NCBI GenBank assembly: GCA_030390025.1
Contig: CM059432.1
Location: forward strand, 27,468,001-27,532,000
Length of the DNA stretch: 64,000 nt
Direction: 5' to 3'
Source: Squalus acanthias
Taxonomy: Eukaryota
Shown here: piece after piece, positions 1 to 12,645 of the stretch
How the letters are laid out: every line of letters starts with the position of its first letter
Numbering within the stretch: the stretch's first letter is position 1
Notes under the pieces: generated by a model
Seen by the model: only the letters and a program-made list of their open reading frames with translations
Database searches by the model: none
What the model was told of the DNA's origin: nothing
Translations under genes and position numbers: made by a program

Positions 1-12
1 AGAAAAGACCCC

Positions 13-462
13 GTGAGTAAATTGGCTAAACAAGATGAAGTTAGACAAATGACTTTAAGAATAGAAGCAATTATGGGGCAGCATTCTGGAATGACCAAAG
101 AAAATTACCAGATTCCTTTAATTAAAGAACCATTGCCTTTAGTCTGCCTAGATTGGAGACATAAAACAACTCCTGAATTGACACAAATTCTGAAAGGAAT
201 TCAGGAGAGAAATAGGGACCAAAAGAATAAAGTTTCCCTCTTAATGAAGCAAGCAGCTTCCGCAACACCGGCGGCCCAGAATACTATTTATTCAATACAA
301 GCAGACAATTTCTCTGGCCAACATGCCTTTCTCCTATCAGACAATGCCCCTATGAACCTTTTAGGGAGAGATTTGCTATGCAAAATGCAAGCAACAATAA
401 TTTGTTCAGAAAAGGGACTACAGGTGTATGTAGAAGGAAAAGATCTAATTTACCGACATTGA
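13..462 (+). pseudogene. ERV gag/protease remnant (C-terminal half of a retropepsin fused to gag-like sequence)
   Basis: HAFLLSDNAPMNLLGRDLLCKMQATIIC matches the retroviral protease C-terminal (N)LLGRDLL motif. The ORF has no catalytic D[ST]GA and no NC zinc knuckle. Confidence 0.7.
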
Positions 463-715
463 AATCTGAAACTCAGCAAAAAAGAAGGGATTTGGAAAGC
501 CAGGAAAATCTGCTGAGACGCTTATGTAAAAAAAAAAGAGAGAAATTTAAAGTTTTATCGACATGGAAGTTATTAATGTCTGTGCCAAGACAAATAAAAT
601 CCAGGATTTGCTGAGTGAAAGGAATCTTAAAAGGAATACTGAGATCTCAGTTTGTGTGAAAGTGAGTGAAAATGTGCAAGTTTCCCTGACTGTGAATGTT
701 TAAGTCTGTTAAGTT

Positions 716-3119
716 TGTAGAATTCGCAATATAATCGCGATTTTATAAATAAGGAGAAAACACATAGTTTCGTTCAAACAGCTTTATTTCAGCAGAATGC
801 TGTCAGGTTTTCAAAGTGGACACAAGCAGCCTGTAAAATGGCCGCCATGCCTCGTGGCAGAACATTCTAGACTTTTCAATAAGCAGACAAGATGGCGTTC
901 CAATAAACATTTGTGCGAGATCGGACAAGACTCAGCACATTTGAGATAAATCACAAGACATAATGGGGGAAAAATTCAGCTGCTTGCGCCTCCCGTTAGC
1001 GCCTTAAGAGGGCGCTAATGGGGCGTAAAGCAGCTAACGCCCGGGCGCAGCGCCGCCCACGCCTCCCGAAAAATTTAGTGGGAGGTTAGCGGCGGCGGCA
1101 GCCGGTAGCGCCCTGTGGCGCTGCGCCGCCGGCGATGACGTCATCGCCGTGCGCAGCACCCCGCTCGCGCCCCGGCCGTGATCTTCAGTCACGCCCCCTG
1201 ATTTACCGCCAGACGCTATGTCCGACGGGTTCAGGGAGGCGTACGTGCGGCCGGGGCGGCGATATTTAAAGCGGAGGTGGCAGGCGGCCATTTTTGTTGC
1301 TGGCCGCCTGCCAGCACCTGCCCCCGGCCCCCGTGAAGCCCCCCCACCGTGAAGTGCCGGCTGCGCTCCAAGAGCCCGGCACTTCTCTTGAGTGCCGGGC
1401 TCTTTTGCCGGCACTCCCGATCCCTGGGGGCCCAGCTGGGCCCCGGTTCGCGCTGCGCAGGGTCCCTCCCCTTTAAGAAGGGGAGGAAGGCCTGCAATAC
1501 CGCGGCGCGACGTGCCGCAGCGCGTGGCGCTGCAGCACGTAGCGCCAGGATATTCACTCGCAGCGCCCCAAGAGGGATGCGGGCTGCTTCCAGTTGCGCC
1601 CCGCTTCCCTCTTGGGGCGCAACCACTGAAGTTCCGGCGCGGGGCCGCTAATTTTTTCGGGGCGCTAAAAGTCGCGCCCCGGCGAGGTTAGCGCCCCAAA
1701 TGGGGCGCGACTCAATTTTTACCCCAATGGGTTTGCATTTTACACATAAATACTGGAATCGGTCTCCCAGGTGCGAATAAGGGCTATTGTACCAAGCGAT
1801 CAAGAACCCATCCAAAGACATTAATATGCAAAATCCCCACGACTCTACGATGAGAGAGCCGTTTGCGGGTAGTTACAGAAAACATTTGGAAGCCCCAAAA
1901 GCCCTCCAGGGAGAATACTGACCGGTTACACAATGGGAGAAGTATTAACGGGTACTCAGGCAGTTACAAGTATCACCGAAACCCATTAAAACGGAGATCA
2001 CCCTATACAAGAAGTTTGAGCGCCAAAACCCTAACAAAAGAAAAGACATTGGGCGGGAAAAGAGGAATTGCAGCACTATAACTGTAAAGGTACAACCGTC
2101 CATCTCTCTCTTTCTTGACTCTTGGATCCTGACTCCTTACTGCTCGACTTGCTAGAAGACTATTGAACTTTCTGATCCGCCAGGATCAACCTCGTGGCTT
2201 GCCGCGAAGATCTGTGTGGAACCGGGCTGTGAAGCCTTGAAACGGGCACACCATCCCGAGAAGTCGGTAAACGGTGTTGGAACCGAAGGCCCGAGATGAG
2301 ATGAGATGAGATGAGATGAGATGAGAAGAAGACGACCATACGTATCGCCACGGTCAGTAAGCCCCGACCGCGCCTATAGGTCGAATAGACACTTTCCTTG
2401 CCCAGGAAGACTAGTTTTACAGAACTGGCATCGGAAGACCATTCTTCGAGTTTTATCGCATCGGGGCGAGGGCACAGGAAGACTATTTTTTCGAGTCGTG
2501 TCGGAACTCCGAGGACAACACAGATCTTCATGACAGCAGACGGTCCAGCCTGCTAGCCGGAGCAGAAACGAGTAAACAAGTGGGGTACAGAGACCCCTGA
2601 TCAACACGTGGGTGATCAGGTGCTGCGGTAAAAACATCCTAGCAGAGTTTTCGGAATTCTCCGAGTTATCACAAATGGTGAGCATGAGTCTCGATCCTAC
2701 AAATCTAGTTTAGAGCAGGTATTGATAGGGGAGGGTTTAGGTTTTAAGGATAACTGTAATGTGTGCCCCCATTTACGATGTGTCGTTCATTCCTCGTTTC
2801 CCTAAAATTAGTTACATAACTGCGTGTAAGATTGTACTGTCATTAATCTGTGCTTATGACATGTATTTCGTAATCTTGAATAATATGCAATAAAGATTTT
2901 CCATTTCGTACCATTCAACCGGGTCTACCTGAGTTTTCTCTCCATTATTGCTCTCGCATCTAAGTCCAGTGTCAGAACCATAAGGGCGAGTGGATCGAAC
3001 CACTCACAGGTGTCTAGTGCTCCCAGACTGGCTGGAGACCAGAACAGGCAACAAGGCCTAACCTCGCACTAGCACCCAGGCTGAGCACAGAGCCACAGGC
3101 GTGTTCAAAAACCCTTACA
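716..3119 (+). mobile_element. Solo LTR inserted into the ERV internal region (itself containing a MITE)
   Basis: Starts TGTAG (716), ends TTACA (3119). Flanked by 4-bp direct repeat AGTT (712-715 and 3120-3123). AATAAA at 2889-2894; (GAGAT)n tract at about 2293-2325. Confidence 0.7.
965..1725. mobile_element. GC-rich non-autonomous PIF/Harbinger-type MITE
   Basis: TIRs GGGGGAAAAATTCAG and reverse-complement GGGGTAAAAATTGAG (13/15 identical). 3-bp TSD AAT (962-964 and 1726-1728). CpG-rich interior. Confidence 0.75.
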
Positions 3120-4599
3120 AGTTACAGTATTTATTTTGTCTGAAAATCTGTCTAAAAAAAAGGTGTCTGTCATTTTTGTTTATGTTTTAGCTCCACCCAC
3201 TCTTTTGTACAGAGAGCTAAAAGCTGTTAAAATTGATCTGGATTGAATTGGAGTCATTGAGGTTAATTAATCTATTAAAAACCAGACTTTCATTGTGCAC
3301 GGTGAAATTCTGGTTGGTGTAAATTTGTGTAGACCGCATTGAATAAGATATTTAATGGTCTGAAACCAGACTTTGAAATATTTACAGTCTTGGATACAGA
3401 ACGGGTTCTGGTCCATACCATTGGCAGAGGAATCACACGATGTGTGGCTGCAATAGATTGTGCCCCAAGAATTGAAAAAAAACTTTGAACTACAATTTAA
3501 GTTAAGCTGGTGTGGAAAAACTGAGAAGAACAACAAAAAGTTTGTTTAACAAAAGATTAAGTTTCGGTCTAAGATTTAACCTTGGAGTCGCGGTTGCTAT
3601 GGTGAAATCTTCCAAAGCAGTTTGATTTGATTTGCTTAAATGTGAAAAACTAATTTTTCTCCAGTTATAAGAAATATGATGTGATTTATGGTTTTCTACA
3701 AGCATGTACTAGTTTGATTTGTTTTATCTGTTCTGTTCATGTTCAGTTAAAGTGTGAAAACACATCTGTCTTTTTCGATCGGAAAAAAAATGTTTTTAAT
3801 TTACGTGAAGTGACGCAATTGCGTGCGCCTGACAATGTTTCACTCCACCTTCTTAAAGACCTGCAAAGGAGTTAACCCTTTCCACTGACAGCTGTTTAAG
3901 TTCACTGAGCAACAACTTTAGCATGACATTTAAAGATATTGGACATTATTAAATTTAAGTTTCTTAATTTTAATTTAACATTTCCCAGAAGGAAAATTAT
4001 GATTTGCTAAATTAACCCCTTGGGCTCTAAGCAGAGTCACAATGGATTCTCTTCTTTCTTTTGTTATATGGAAGTTAACTTGTAAACTAATTGCAGCACT
4101 TCTGTCTCTAATGTTAAAACACTGTATAAGCCACCTAGCCTAGAAATCATTTGTTTCTGAAATTGGAAATGGAAGATAAATTGATAGGTTTTGTCAATGT
4201 TCAATTTCATTTCTATCAGTTCAACAGTACTGCTGTTTGGATTTTGGGATAATGTTGTAATAACAAAATGGACTCAGGCACTATATATATATTGGATTAC
4301 TTTTGGGAAAGTAAAAGATCCTCTAAAATAATGATAAATAAAAAGTGTTAATAACTTGGACCTAGTGAGAATGTTTGATCTATGTTTTCAATCTTAAATA
4401 TTGGACTGGACAGTAAAGTTACTCCAGGGCTCATGAATGAGATATGAATGGTAATTAATGGGATGTGTAAAATGGAGAGAGGAAGTGATTGAGGGTGTAA
4501 GATAGAAACAGGAGAATTATACCACCAATTGGGAATTTTCCAAACTTTCTAGTGAAAGTCAGGAAAGTGTAGTTAAGAATAGTAAATTGATAGCTTTCT

Positions 4600-5990
4600 C
4601 TTGGAGGCATTTGTGTCCCTGCCTATAATGAACTTTTAAGAAAACTGAATTTGATAGCCTGGCCACTATCCAAGACATCGGGACCATGCAGAGGAAGATG
4701 AACAAAGACAATCTTTTGATAAGATACCTGAAAGCCCGAGAAAGGCACATGTGGCATGATATTGAGATATCGGTATGAGTGTGCAAATGTGATTTGTTAC
4801 GTATGAAGCAATTACCATCTGGAAATGTATAGTGAATCTGCACTGAAGAACAGGTCTCAGACATGCTCAGTTACTTGACAACAGCAAGACATGAAATAGT
4901 TAATGTGGTTCAGGAGAGCGAGACAACTTTTAAAGCATTGACACATACTCCATCGAGAAACTATCTAATTAATGAAACAGAATAGAGTTAAACACACTGG
5001 TACCTGTTAGAGGGATTGGAAATTGAAGTTGAAGTGGAGAGTTACCTGGAATCTGGATTGGGACAATTGAGGGCTAAGGAGAAATCATGTTTAGTAAGAA
5101 CTATCCACAATATGGATACGAGTAAAAGAGCGATCTGGAGAATCTTTTAAGTCCATGATTTGTTGATTAGATGTTAAACTGTAATGTTGCTTGAAATGAT
5201 TGTAAGACTGAATTTAACTGTGACTGTAATAATTGTGTTTTGTAGGTAACAGAGCGTGGGAAAAACCAGTGCGAATCCAGTATGAGGTGGTTTTGGTGGT
5301 GCCTCCTGTGTCACTACTACCGCAACTACCATGCTTTACGGGTCTAACAGGACCTGTCCCATCAACCAACACATTTTACATAATATCGAAACCTATGCTC
5401 AAGTGAAACTGACAGTAAATGAGGTACTTAAGTATGAGCTGCACAATTATGTGGCACAATTCGGATACGACATTCCCCTGTTGTCTAAGGTTATCAGTGA
5501 GCTCATGATGCGACTGAACTCCTCCCTAAAGCATTTTTATGTTCTGAAGCAAGACAACTCGAGAATAGATATTGAAATTGACAGCATAGGGGACAACTCA
5601 CACTGGTGGGATATTGGACTATATATCAGCACACCCTTAGATTTGTATTATTTCACACGCTCTGGTAGTCTCCAACTTGTAATGATAGTGTATTTGATAT
5701 ATGTAACCTATGTAGTAAGACTTTGATACATAAGCCAATTGGGTACTCATGCCCATGACTAACCAGCACTAACAAATTAATTGAGCACACCGAAAGAGAA
5801 GATCCGAAGCAATGTAGAGGAGACCCCAGGCGGGGTAACATCAGGAAGATAGAAGGAACAGAGGATACCCCAGGCGGGGCAGAATTGGAACACCGGAATG
5901 GACTATTAGAAGGGAGAAATCTTCAAGACTCCCTATTAACTAATGCCCAAGTTGAGAGAGCAATAAGAACTAGCTAGATTAGTCAAGAGC
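4600..5990 (+). pseudogene. Possible degenerate second envelope-like or accessory ORF of the ERV
   Basis: Stop-interrupted frames (FDSLATIQDIGTMQRKMNKD...). ORF 5331-5726 ends in SHWWDIG followed by a hydrophobic stretch (LQLVMIVYLIYVTYVV). A PPT-like AAAGAAGGGAA plus TGTAAG follows at 6027-6044. Confidence 0.3.
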
Positions 5991-6260
5991 CGATTGTGAG
6001 AAGTCAATAAGGATTATTTCCTTCTCAAAGAAGGGAATTGTAAGAAATAGCTGTTAGATTCAAAGATGGGTTTTAATTCTTAGAACAAAAGCTGACAACA
6101 TGCAGCCAGGAACAGATAGCAGAAATGCCAGCAAGGTCGAATATCAAGCATCAAAAGACAAATAGAAGTGATAAGGGAATCGTAAAATGCAAAACAACAC
6201 ATGGTGGGGGATAATAGACAAAAATGGAGTCGAAAAATTAAATTTTGAAGGACTTACACA

Positions 6261-7311
6261 ATGAAGCTGTTACTTATATTTTGCATATTAATCGGATTGA
6301 TACGCATGACATGCCAAAGAGGTGGGGAAGGATCCCGAAAGAAACGAGAATTACACGTTAACACTTTCTTGTACATGTCTTACGAGCATGCTAAAACTAG
6401 TGGTAGATCTAGTTGTTGGGTCTGTGCCCATATACCTATTCACACCACGGGAGGGATCCTCCTCAGATCAATTCCCTTTAATACTTCCGAAACAGCAGAA
6501 TGGGTAATAAGAAGAAACAGTTCAAGGGACCTGGATAAGACCTCAGATGTAGTACAGTGGAGATGATGCAGGGTATAACCTAACCACCTTTCAGGGGTGG
6601 TATCAGCCCAATTATAATCATACTCGAACACCCCCGTTTCTTGTATTAACTAATACCTCAGGAGTCGGTAGACCACAAGGGGCATTATGTTTTAAAAAGC
6701 AGGCTGCAGTAAGCAGGATGCAGGATGAAAAGAAAGTTGGAGAGAGTTCCTGTAATCAAATAGTCATGTGGCAACCACCAATTCCTGGCCTGCTTGAGCA
6801 GGGATTTTTTCAGTTTGACTGGACTAAAGTAAATAATAAAACCAGTAGGTCCCCCTGGACAGGCGACCCTATCCGAAAATGGATGGGAGGAGAGGGTAAC
6901 TTGACGGCCTATAGTTGCACCTATTTTATATGTGGGAACAAGGCTTATCCATGGTTGCCACAAAACTGGACAGGGTCCTGCTATTTGGGTTATGTAGTAC
7001 CTTATATCCACATTTTAGACAATATAGGAGAACATTATGAATTCCAAAGAAGTAAAAGAGAGATAGCAACTTATGAAAGAGTCTTTGGAGTATTAATAGC
7101 CCCATACGGAATAGGGAAGTTAATGGGAGAAGTAAACGAGCTAGCAGATCTGATAGAAAAAGTGGCAAATGAAACTGAGGAAGGATTGTTCGAAATGAGT
7201 GCTGAAATGTTAGCTATAAGAGTAATGGTACAGAGGGAAGTAAATGAAGAAGAAGAGAAGAACAGTCCCCTAGGGGAAGAGCTAAGGCGATTGGGTAAGA
7301 TAATTTTTTAA
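6261..7311 (+). pseudogene. env: Gamma-type (class I ERV) env, interrupted and truncated in TM
   Basis: Signal peptide MKLLLIFCILIGLI, CWVC (CXXC) motif, YFICGNKAYPWLPQNWTGSCYLGYVVP, furin site RSKR, fusion peptide (VFGVLIAPYGIG) and heptad repeat. Stop at 6564-6566; the sequence diverges before the immunosuppressive domain. Confidence 0.85.
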
Positions 7312-7576
7312 GGATTAGATGACCAAGATGATGCCAGTTACAGTGGCCAAAATTAAGACTGGACAAATTAGAATTGAAAGAATTACATGCCCAACCCTAA
7401 GGATAGACAGAAAGGAGAGACGATCTTAAATAAGGTCAGCCATCAATACAGGTATAATCCCGAGGATGGTTAAAACAGAAAAGAAGTTGGCATCCCTGGC
7501 CAAAATCCAAATTTGGTACAGGAACCGACAGGAGAGACCAAAAAGGTTAAATTGAGCTATTTTGTCCTAGAAGGAC

Positions 7577-7589
7577 AAAAAGGGGGGAA
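7577..7589 (+). promoter_or_regulatory. Polypurine tract
   Basis: AAAAAGGGGGGAA directly before the TG of the LTR and downstream of env. Confidence 0.75.
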
Positions 7590-8129
7590 TGTGGAAGTGT
7601 ATTTTTGTCTCGGACACAAAATGGCTTCCTAGAGACAAAGAGTGATACAAAATGGCCAACTCTGACTTGTTTGAGAAAAGATAAAGATGTTTATGACTTC
7701 TCGTGGAGATGAATTTAAACTTTGCAGACTATGCTGTCTTCATAGTCTGCTAGTACAGAGAAAAAAAGGCTTCTTCTAATCAACTTGAGATAACCAAGGA
7801 CTAGTGAAGTAAACAGCCAGTCGCTTGGCCTTGGTGGGAGAAGAACAGATAGATAGACTCCATTTTGTAGAGATTAGCTAGTCTCATCGTAAGGCATTTC
7901 TTATGTTTTTTTTTACTTTTAACTTAGCTTACCTTAAACAACATGTCATGTGATATGGAAAGCTTATATTATCAGTGTATAAGAATGTTCCATTTTCTGT
8001 GATTTTTCAGTGTGTCATCGTAGCTATTTGACTACGGTTGCATTCTCCTTGCAAGCAAGTAAATAATAAAGCCTGCCTTGACGATACTTTATGTTTCAAG
8101 AGTCTTACTGGGAAGTCGAAACTTCGACA
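7590..8129 (+). mobile_element. ERV LTR
   Basis: Begins TGTGG after the PPT. TATA-like GTATAA at about 7977, AATAAA at 8065-8070, ends near CA at 8128-8129 (3' boundary approximate). Confidence 0.75.
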
Positions 8130-8137
8130 GTATTTCT

Positions 8138-8155
8138 TGGAGATCCCACCGAGAT
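8138..8155 (+). promoter_or_regulatory. Primer binding site, tRNA-Gln
   Basis: TGGAGATCCCACCGAGAT is a 17/18 match to the tRNA-Gln PBS TGGAGGTCCCACCGAGAT. Confidence 0.8.
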
Positions 8156-9169
8156 CGCTTGCTACCTTTCGGTAAGTCACGGACAAAAGACACCATGAAT
8201 TTCTAGTGACAAATCCTGAATGGCCACAGTGATGTTTTATCACATAAAAAGGATTTCTCATTAGATACTGATTGGTGTAGTCTGTTTCTTCCGACAGGAG
8301 TACTGCGATTGTTAAGACTCGTGTTTTAGATTTGAGTTGAATCTTGTAACTTTTGCTTCTTTTTTAACGTTAAAAAAAAAGGGAGGAGGATGTGACAGCT
8401 CAAGTTTCAAAACTATCGGGCAAAGGAGGCAAGGGAAAAGTCGACAGGGTTGTATCCCGGACTGATAAAGGTACCAGGTTATGAGAAAGCGCTAAAAGAT
8501 TAAAACTGCAGTATCAAGGGTGGGTCCCTTGAACCGTGAAAAGAAAAAAAACAAACTCGCGGCAGAAAGGTTTAGATAAGAAACCTTCGTATAGAGTATA
8601 AGTTAAATGTTAAGGACTCAGTTTGTAGTGGAGAACAACGCAAAACTGAGAATTGACTATTTGTTCAGTTTAAAGTATAAGGTTAAATGTTTGATTACTT
8701 GATTTGTTTGCCTGATTGGCCGCCCATGTTTTCCTACAGAATAACTGTCACTGTATTTCAAAGCAATCTATTGTCTGTGAAGCACTTTGGGATGTTTCTG
8801 AGAGGGGTCTCTGGGCTAGAAATTGAGTATCGCCCCGGTTGGGAAGCTAAATTTTAAAAAGTTGGAGAATTAGCGCCAGGTGCTAATCCTTCTGACCTCC
8901 CGCCAGATTGATTGTTAGTACTCCAAGAGAGAACTGGAGTGCAAAATCAAGCGCTAATCACCTAACTTAGGGTGCTACACACAGCGAGCAAGGCTCTACC
9001 CGCAGAGCGATAACCAATTTCAGGTGCAGTCCAATCGGGACTCATCATTCACACTGGCTCCTTCCAGTTCTTAAAGGGGAGGTTCAATCATTCAGCACAA
9101 CCTCATTCTCAACATTGCTGGCTCTGAAGGCGACCTCCAAGCAACTCAACAGCTACACCTCTTATCCTC

Positions 9170-11037
9170 ATGGCTGATCCCAGTCCCAGGGAGAGAGCTC
9201 GCCGTTTCAGCGACCAGGCATTGGAGGCATTGGTCGCGGCAGTCGAAAGAAGGAGGGCGGTGCTGTTCCCTGTCTTCAGGGGAATGTAGAGCAAAGTGGC
9301 CCAGGATGTCTGGGCCAGCAGTGTGGTCCTCAGGACCCTCACACAGTGTCGTAAAGAATTCAACGACCTCACTCGGGTGGTCAGGGTGAGTACATGCTTC
9401 AACAAGTCCCACATCCCAGCATCTGAACCTCAGTCTGTACACACTGCACAAACCACCACACCCCACCACTCACCCACCAAGCATCTGCACCTACTCAAAA
9501 TCACATCCACATGTCACGCCTTGCCTACAATCACAGCTATTCAACTATGGCAGGCACATCTCCCAAATACACAGCTGCACACTTACACACTTTCCTTTCT
9601 CTTGCAGGCCAAGCTGGCCCACAATAGGAGGAAGCAGCAACAAACAGGCGAGGGTGAAGCGGACATCCAACAGCTTACAGGCCTGGAGGAGCGAGTGCTG
9701 AGTGCTGAGAGTCATTGGGTGCCGTGGCCATCGGCGACATTGACCCCCTTGGGGGCAACAACGGTATGTTCATCCCCTCTCCTTCTCTCATCCCACTTCC
9801 CCCTCACCCCACAAGCATTTCGCACTTTCCAGCTAATCATGCTGTATGCATGCATTTCTCCCTTCCTGCTCCCCGCCCCTCACCTTAACCCGACTCTTGT
9901 GCTTTTATGCTTTCAGATAATCAGCAAACACCTGAGCAGCCTGTCCCTGAGGGCACCGCAGAGAGTGAGGTGAGAGAAGAGGAGGAGGAGGAGAAGGAAG
10001 AACACTCCGCGTCACTGCATGTCTCACCCGCAGGCACCAGCTCAGATACTGGCACCACGCATTCTTTCGAGGCTAGTATAGTAGCGGGATCTGCACAGGG
10101 TGAGCACCGGGGACGAGTGGGCTGCAGCAAGGCCAGGGGGAAAGGGTAGCTTGGGAGCCAGCTCCTCAGAGGGCGAGTTCCCGTGCGAGTTCTGCTGCAC
10201 AGGACTCAGATGAGGACCTCGATGGGGAGGCATTTAGAAGAAGGGTAATGGGCATGCACTCCGAGATGATAGGTGCAATGGCAAGGGTGCCCGAGAGTCT
10301 CTCAGCAATGATAAGGAGCGTGGAGGAGTCTGCATTCAACATTGCACAAGGCTCTGCGCACACCATGGAGTTCATCATTTCCAGTCTGCAAAGGATGGTA
10401 GACTCCCAGAGAGACCGTGGTGACCCAGACCTGATGTGTGATGGGCGATCTGGCAGCTTCCATTGCAGCACAGGCGGAAGCGACGCAACATCTTAGTGCT
10501 GTAATGCAGTCTATGCTTGGTGGCATCCAATCTCAGACTGCTCTCATGCAGTCTCAGCTTGATACCACGCAAGCTCTGACTGCTGCCATCGTGGCTGGGT
10601 CTACCACCGTCCACCGGGGCTTTCATGGTGTCGCAGCAGGCCAGCAATCTGTGCTCCAACAGATTGCTAGAAATGCTAAGTTGCTGTCCCGGGGAAGTGG
10701 CAGTGGGTCAGTGGAGCAGGAACCTGCTGTCCTCTCTCAGGATGATAGCATTCCTGTTCCCACCACTGCCACTCCACCATTGCCCATGTTGCTGCCTGTC
10801 ATCCAGCAAGCCCAGACTGCTGCCGCCCATGCTGAAGTAGTGCAGTCGACAGCCGGGCCTTCCAGGCCCAGAGCTGGTCGAGGGTGTCCTCCAAGGCCAT
10901 CTAAATTCTCCCATATGGACACTCAGCAGCCTTCCACCAGCCCTGCTGCAGCCACTGGGCCAACACTTTGTAGGAGCACTAGAGTAGGCAAAGGCACAGT
11001 AACGACAGGCACTAAGGGATTGCACAAGGGTGAATAG
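9170..11037 (+). pseudogene. Harbinger Myb/SANT-like DNA-binding protein, spliced and degenerate
   Basis: MADPSPRERARRFSDQALEALVAAVERRRAVLFP ... RTLTQCRKEFNDLTR, then GTGAGT donor (about 9386), CAG acceptor before AKLAHNRRKQQQTG, a second intron (about 9763-9916), and an acidic, low-complexity last exon with disablements. Confidence 0.75.
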
Positions 11038-11202
11038 TTAATATTTTTGGTGTAAATATGTGTGAACTGATTATTGATAAATTTATTAATTCAGTTTGGA
11101 TTCTTTTGTGGTGTCTTTCATTTCAGATTTGCGCTGTGATTTGGCCTGTGACACGGATGGAATGATGGGGATGTGGTGAGCAAAGGGGATCTGGGTTTTA
11201 AT

Positions 11203-12349
11203 TTATTGGAACCGCAGTTTGATGAGGTGGTCACGGACCGCCCTTCCGGAAGGCTGATTGAGTGGCTGCCTCCTGCCTCGCAGCTGTACCTCCTCCTCCT
11301 CATCCTTCTCCTCGTCCTCCTCCTCCTCTCCCTCTTCCTCCTCCTGAGGTGGTTCCGCAATCCCTGGTGGCAAGGGCTGAGCCCTGATGATGGCCAAGTT
11401 GTGGAGCATGCAGCAGACCACCACGAAATGGGACACCCACTCAGCCAAGTACTGGAGGGCTCCTCCCGATCGGTCAAGGCAGTGGAACTGATGCTTGAGC
11501 ACCCCGATGGTCTGCTCGATGATGTTCCTGGTGGCAGCATTGCTCACATTATATGAGTGCTGGGCAGGAGTGTTGGGGTTGTGGAGGGGAGTCATGAGCC
11601 AGGTGGAGAGTGGATAGCCCTTGTCTCTGAGCAGCCAGCCACGAGCTTGAAGTGGTGGCTGGAAGAGTGCTGGCACACCGTCTGGCACAGGATGAATGCA
11701 TCGTGGCTGCTGCCAGGATAGCGGGCATTCACATTGAGGATTCGCTGTCTGTGGTCGCACACCAACTGCACATTAAGTGAGTGGTAGCCTTTGCAGTTAC
11801 GGAAGATCTCAGGATTGTTACGGGGTGTCCGCAAAGCCACGTGGGTGCAGTCGATGGCGCCCTGCACCATGGGAAATCCCGCTATCCTGGCAAAGCCACA
11901 TGCACGCTCGTCCTGCTTCTCTCTGGTGATGGGGAAGGAAATGTAGTCCCTTCTCCTACTGTAGAGAGCCTCTGTGACCTCCCGGATGCAGCAATGTTAG
12001 CTATGTCTCCTGTTGCAGACTGGAATGATCCACTGGCGAAGAAATTGAGGGAGACGGTGACCTTGACTGCCACTGAGAGAGCCGTGGTCGCCCTGATCTG
12101 AGGTTGGAGATCTGGTTGCAGGAGGTGGCAGACTTGTGTGACCACCTCCTTGGTGAAGCGGAGCCTTCTAATACACTGCTCTTTGCTTAATTGGAGGTAG
12201 GAGACGTGCTCTCGGAATACCCTTGGTGGGTAAGGCCTCCTGTTGAGAGCCCTGATGGTCCTTCTCCTCCCTCTGGCCACATTTTCCATTCTTTCTCGTT
12301 GCCTCTGCTCCCTCTTCCGTAGATTCTGGAGGGCCAGGTCGACTACCAT
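11203..12349 (-). pseudogene. Harbinger DDE transposase (HARBI1-like, DDE_Tnp_4), frameshifted
   Basis: Motifs are split over three frames: [82 protein letters not shown]. Confidence 0.9.
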
Positions 12350-12409
12350 TAATGTAAGCCAAATGTAGCGGTTTGATTTTTTTAAGAATAAATGTAACTG
12401 TAAGAGCTT

Positions 12410-12645
12410 CTATAGGTATGTAAAAAGGAAAAGATTAGCTGAGACAAGAGAAATTATAATGGGGGATAAGGAAATGGCAGAGAAATTAAACAATACTTTG
12501 TGTCTGTCTTCACAGAAGAAGACACAAAAAACTTCTCGGAAATAGTGGAGATCCAAGGATCTAGCAAGAATGAGGAACTGAAAGAAATTAGTATTAGTAA
12601 AAATGGCCTACTCCGGCTCCTACAGTATTTCTTATGGTCTTATGT
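12410..12645 (+). mobile_element. CR1 LINE fragment inside the Harbinger element
   Basis: Similar to the YIKRKR..IMGNKEMA..LN..F.SVFT.ED region of the intact CR1 ORF2, followed by a CR1-type 3' tail (ATGGCCTACTCC...CTTATG). Confidence 0.65.

Noticed and set aside
1034..1691. Overlapping Ala/Arg/Pro-rich ORFs and an apparent CpG-island promoter
   Set aside because: They lie wholly inside a TIR/TSD-bounded MITE and have no recognisable domains.
11203..12349. Host domesticated gene HARBI1
   Set aside because: Frameshifted, paired with a Myb/SANT gene and enclosed by TIRs, so it is a transposon copy.
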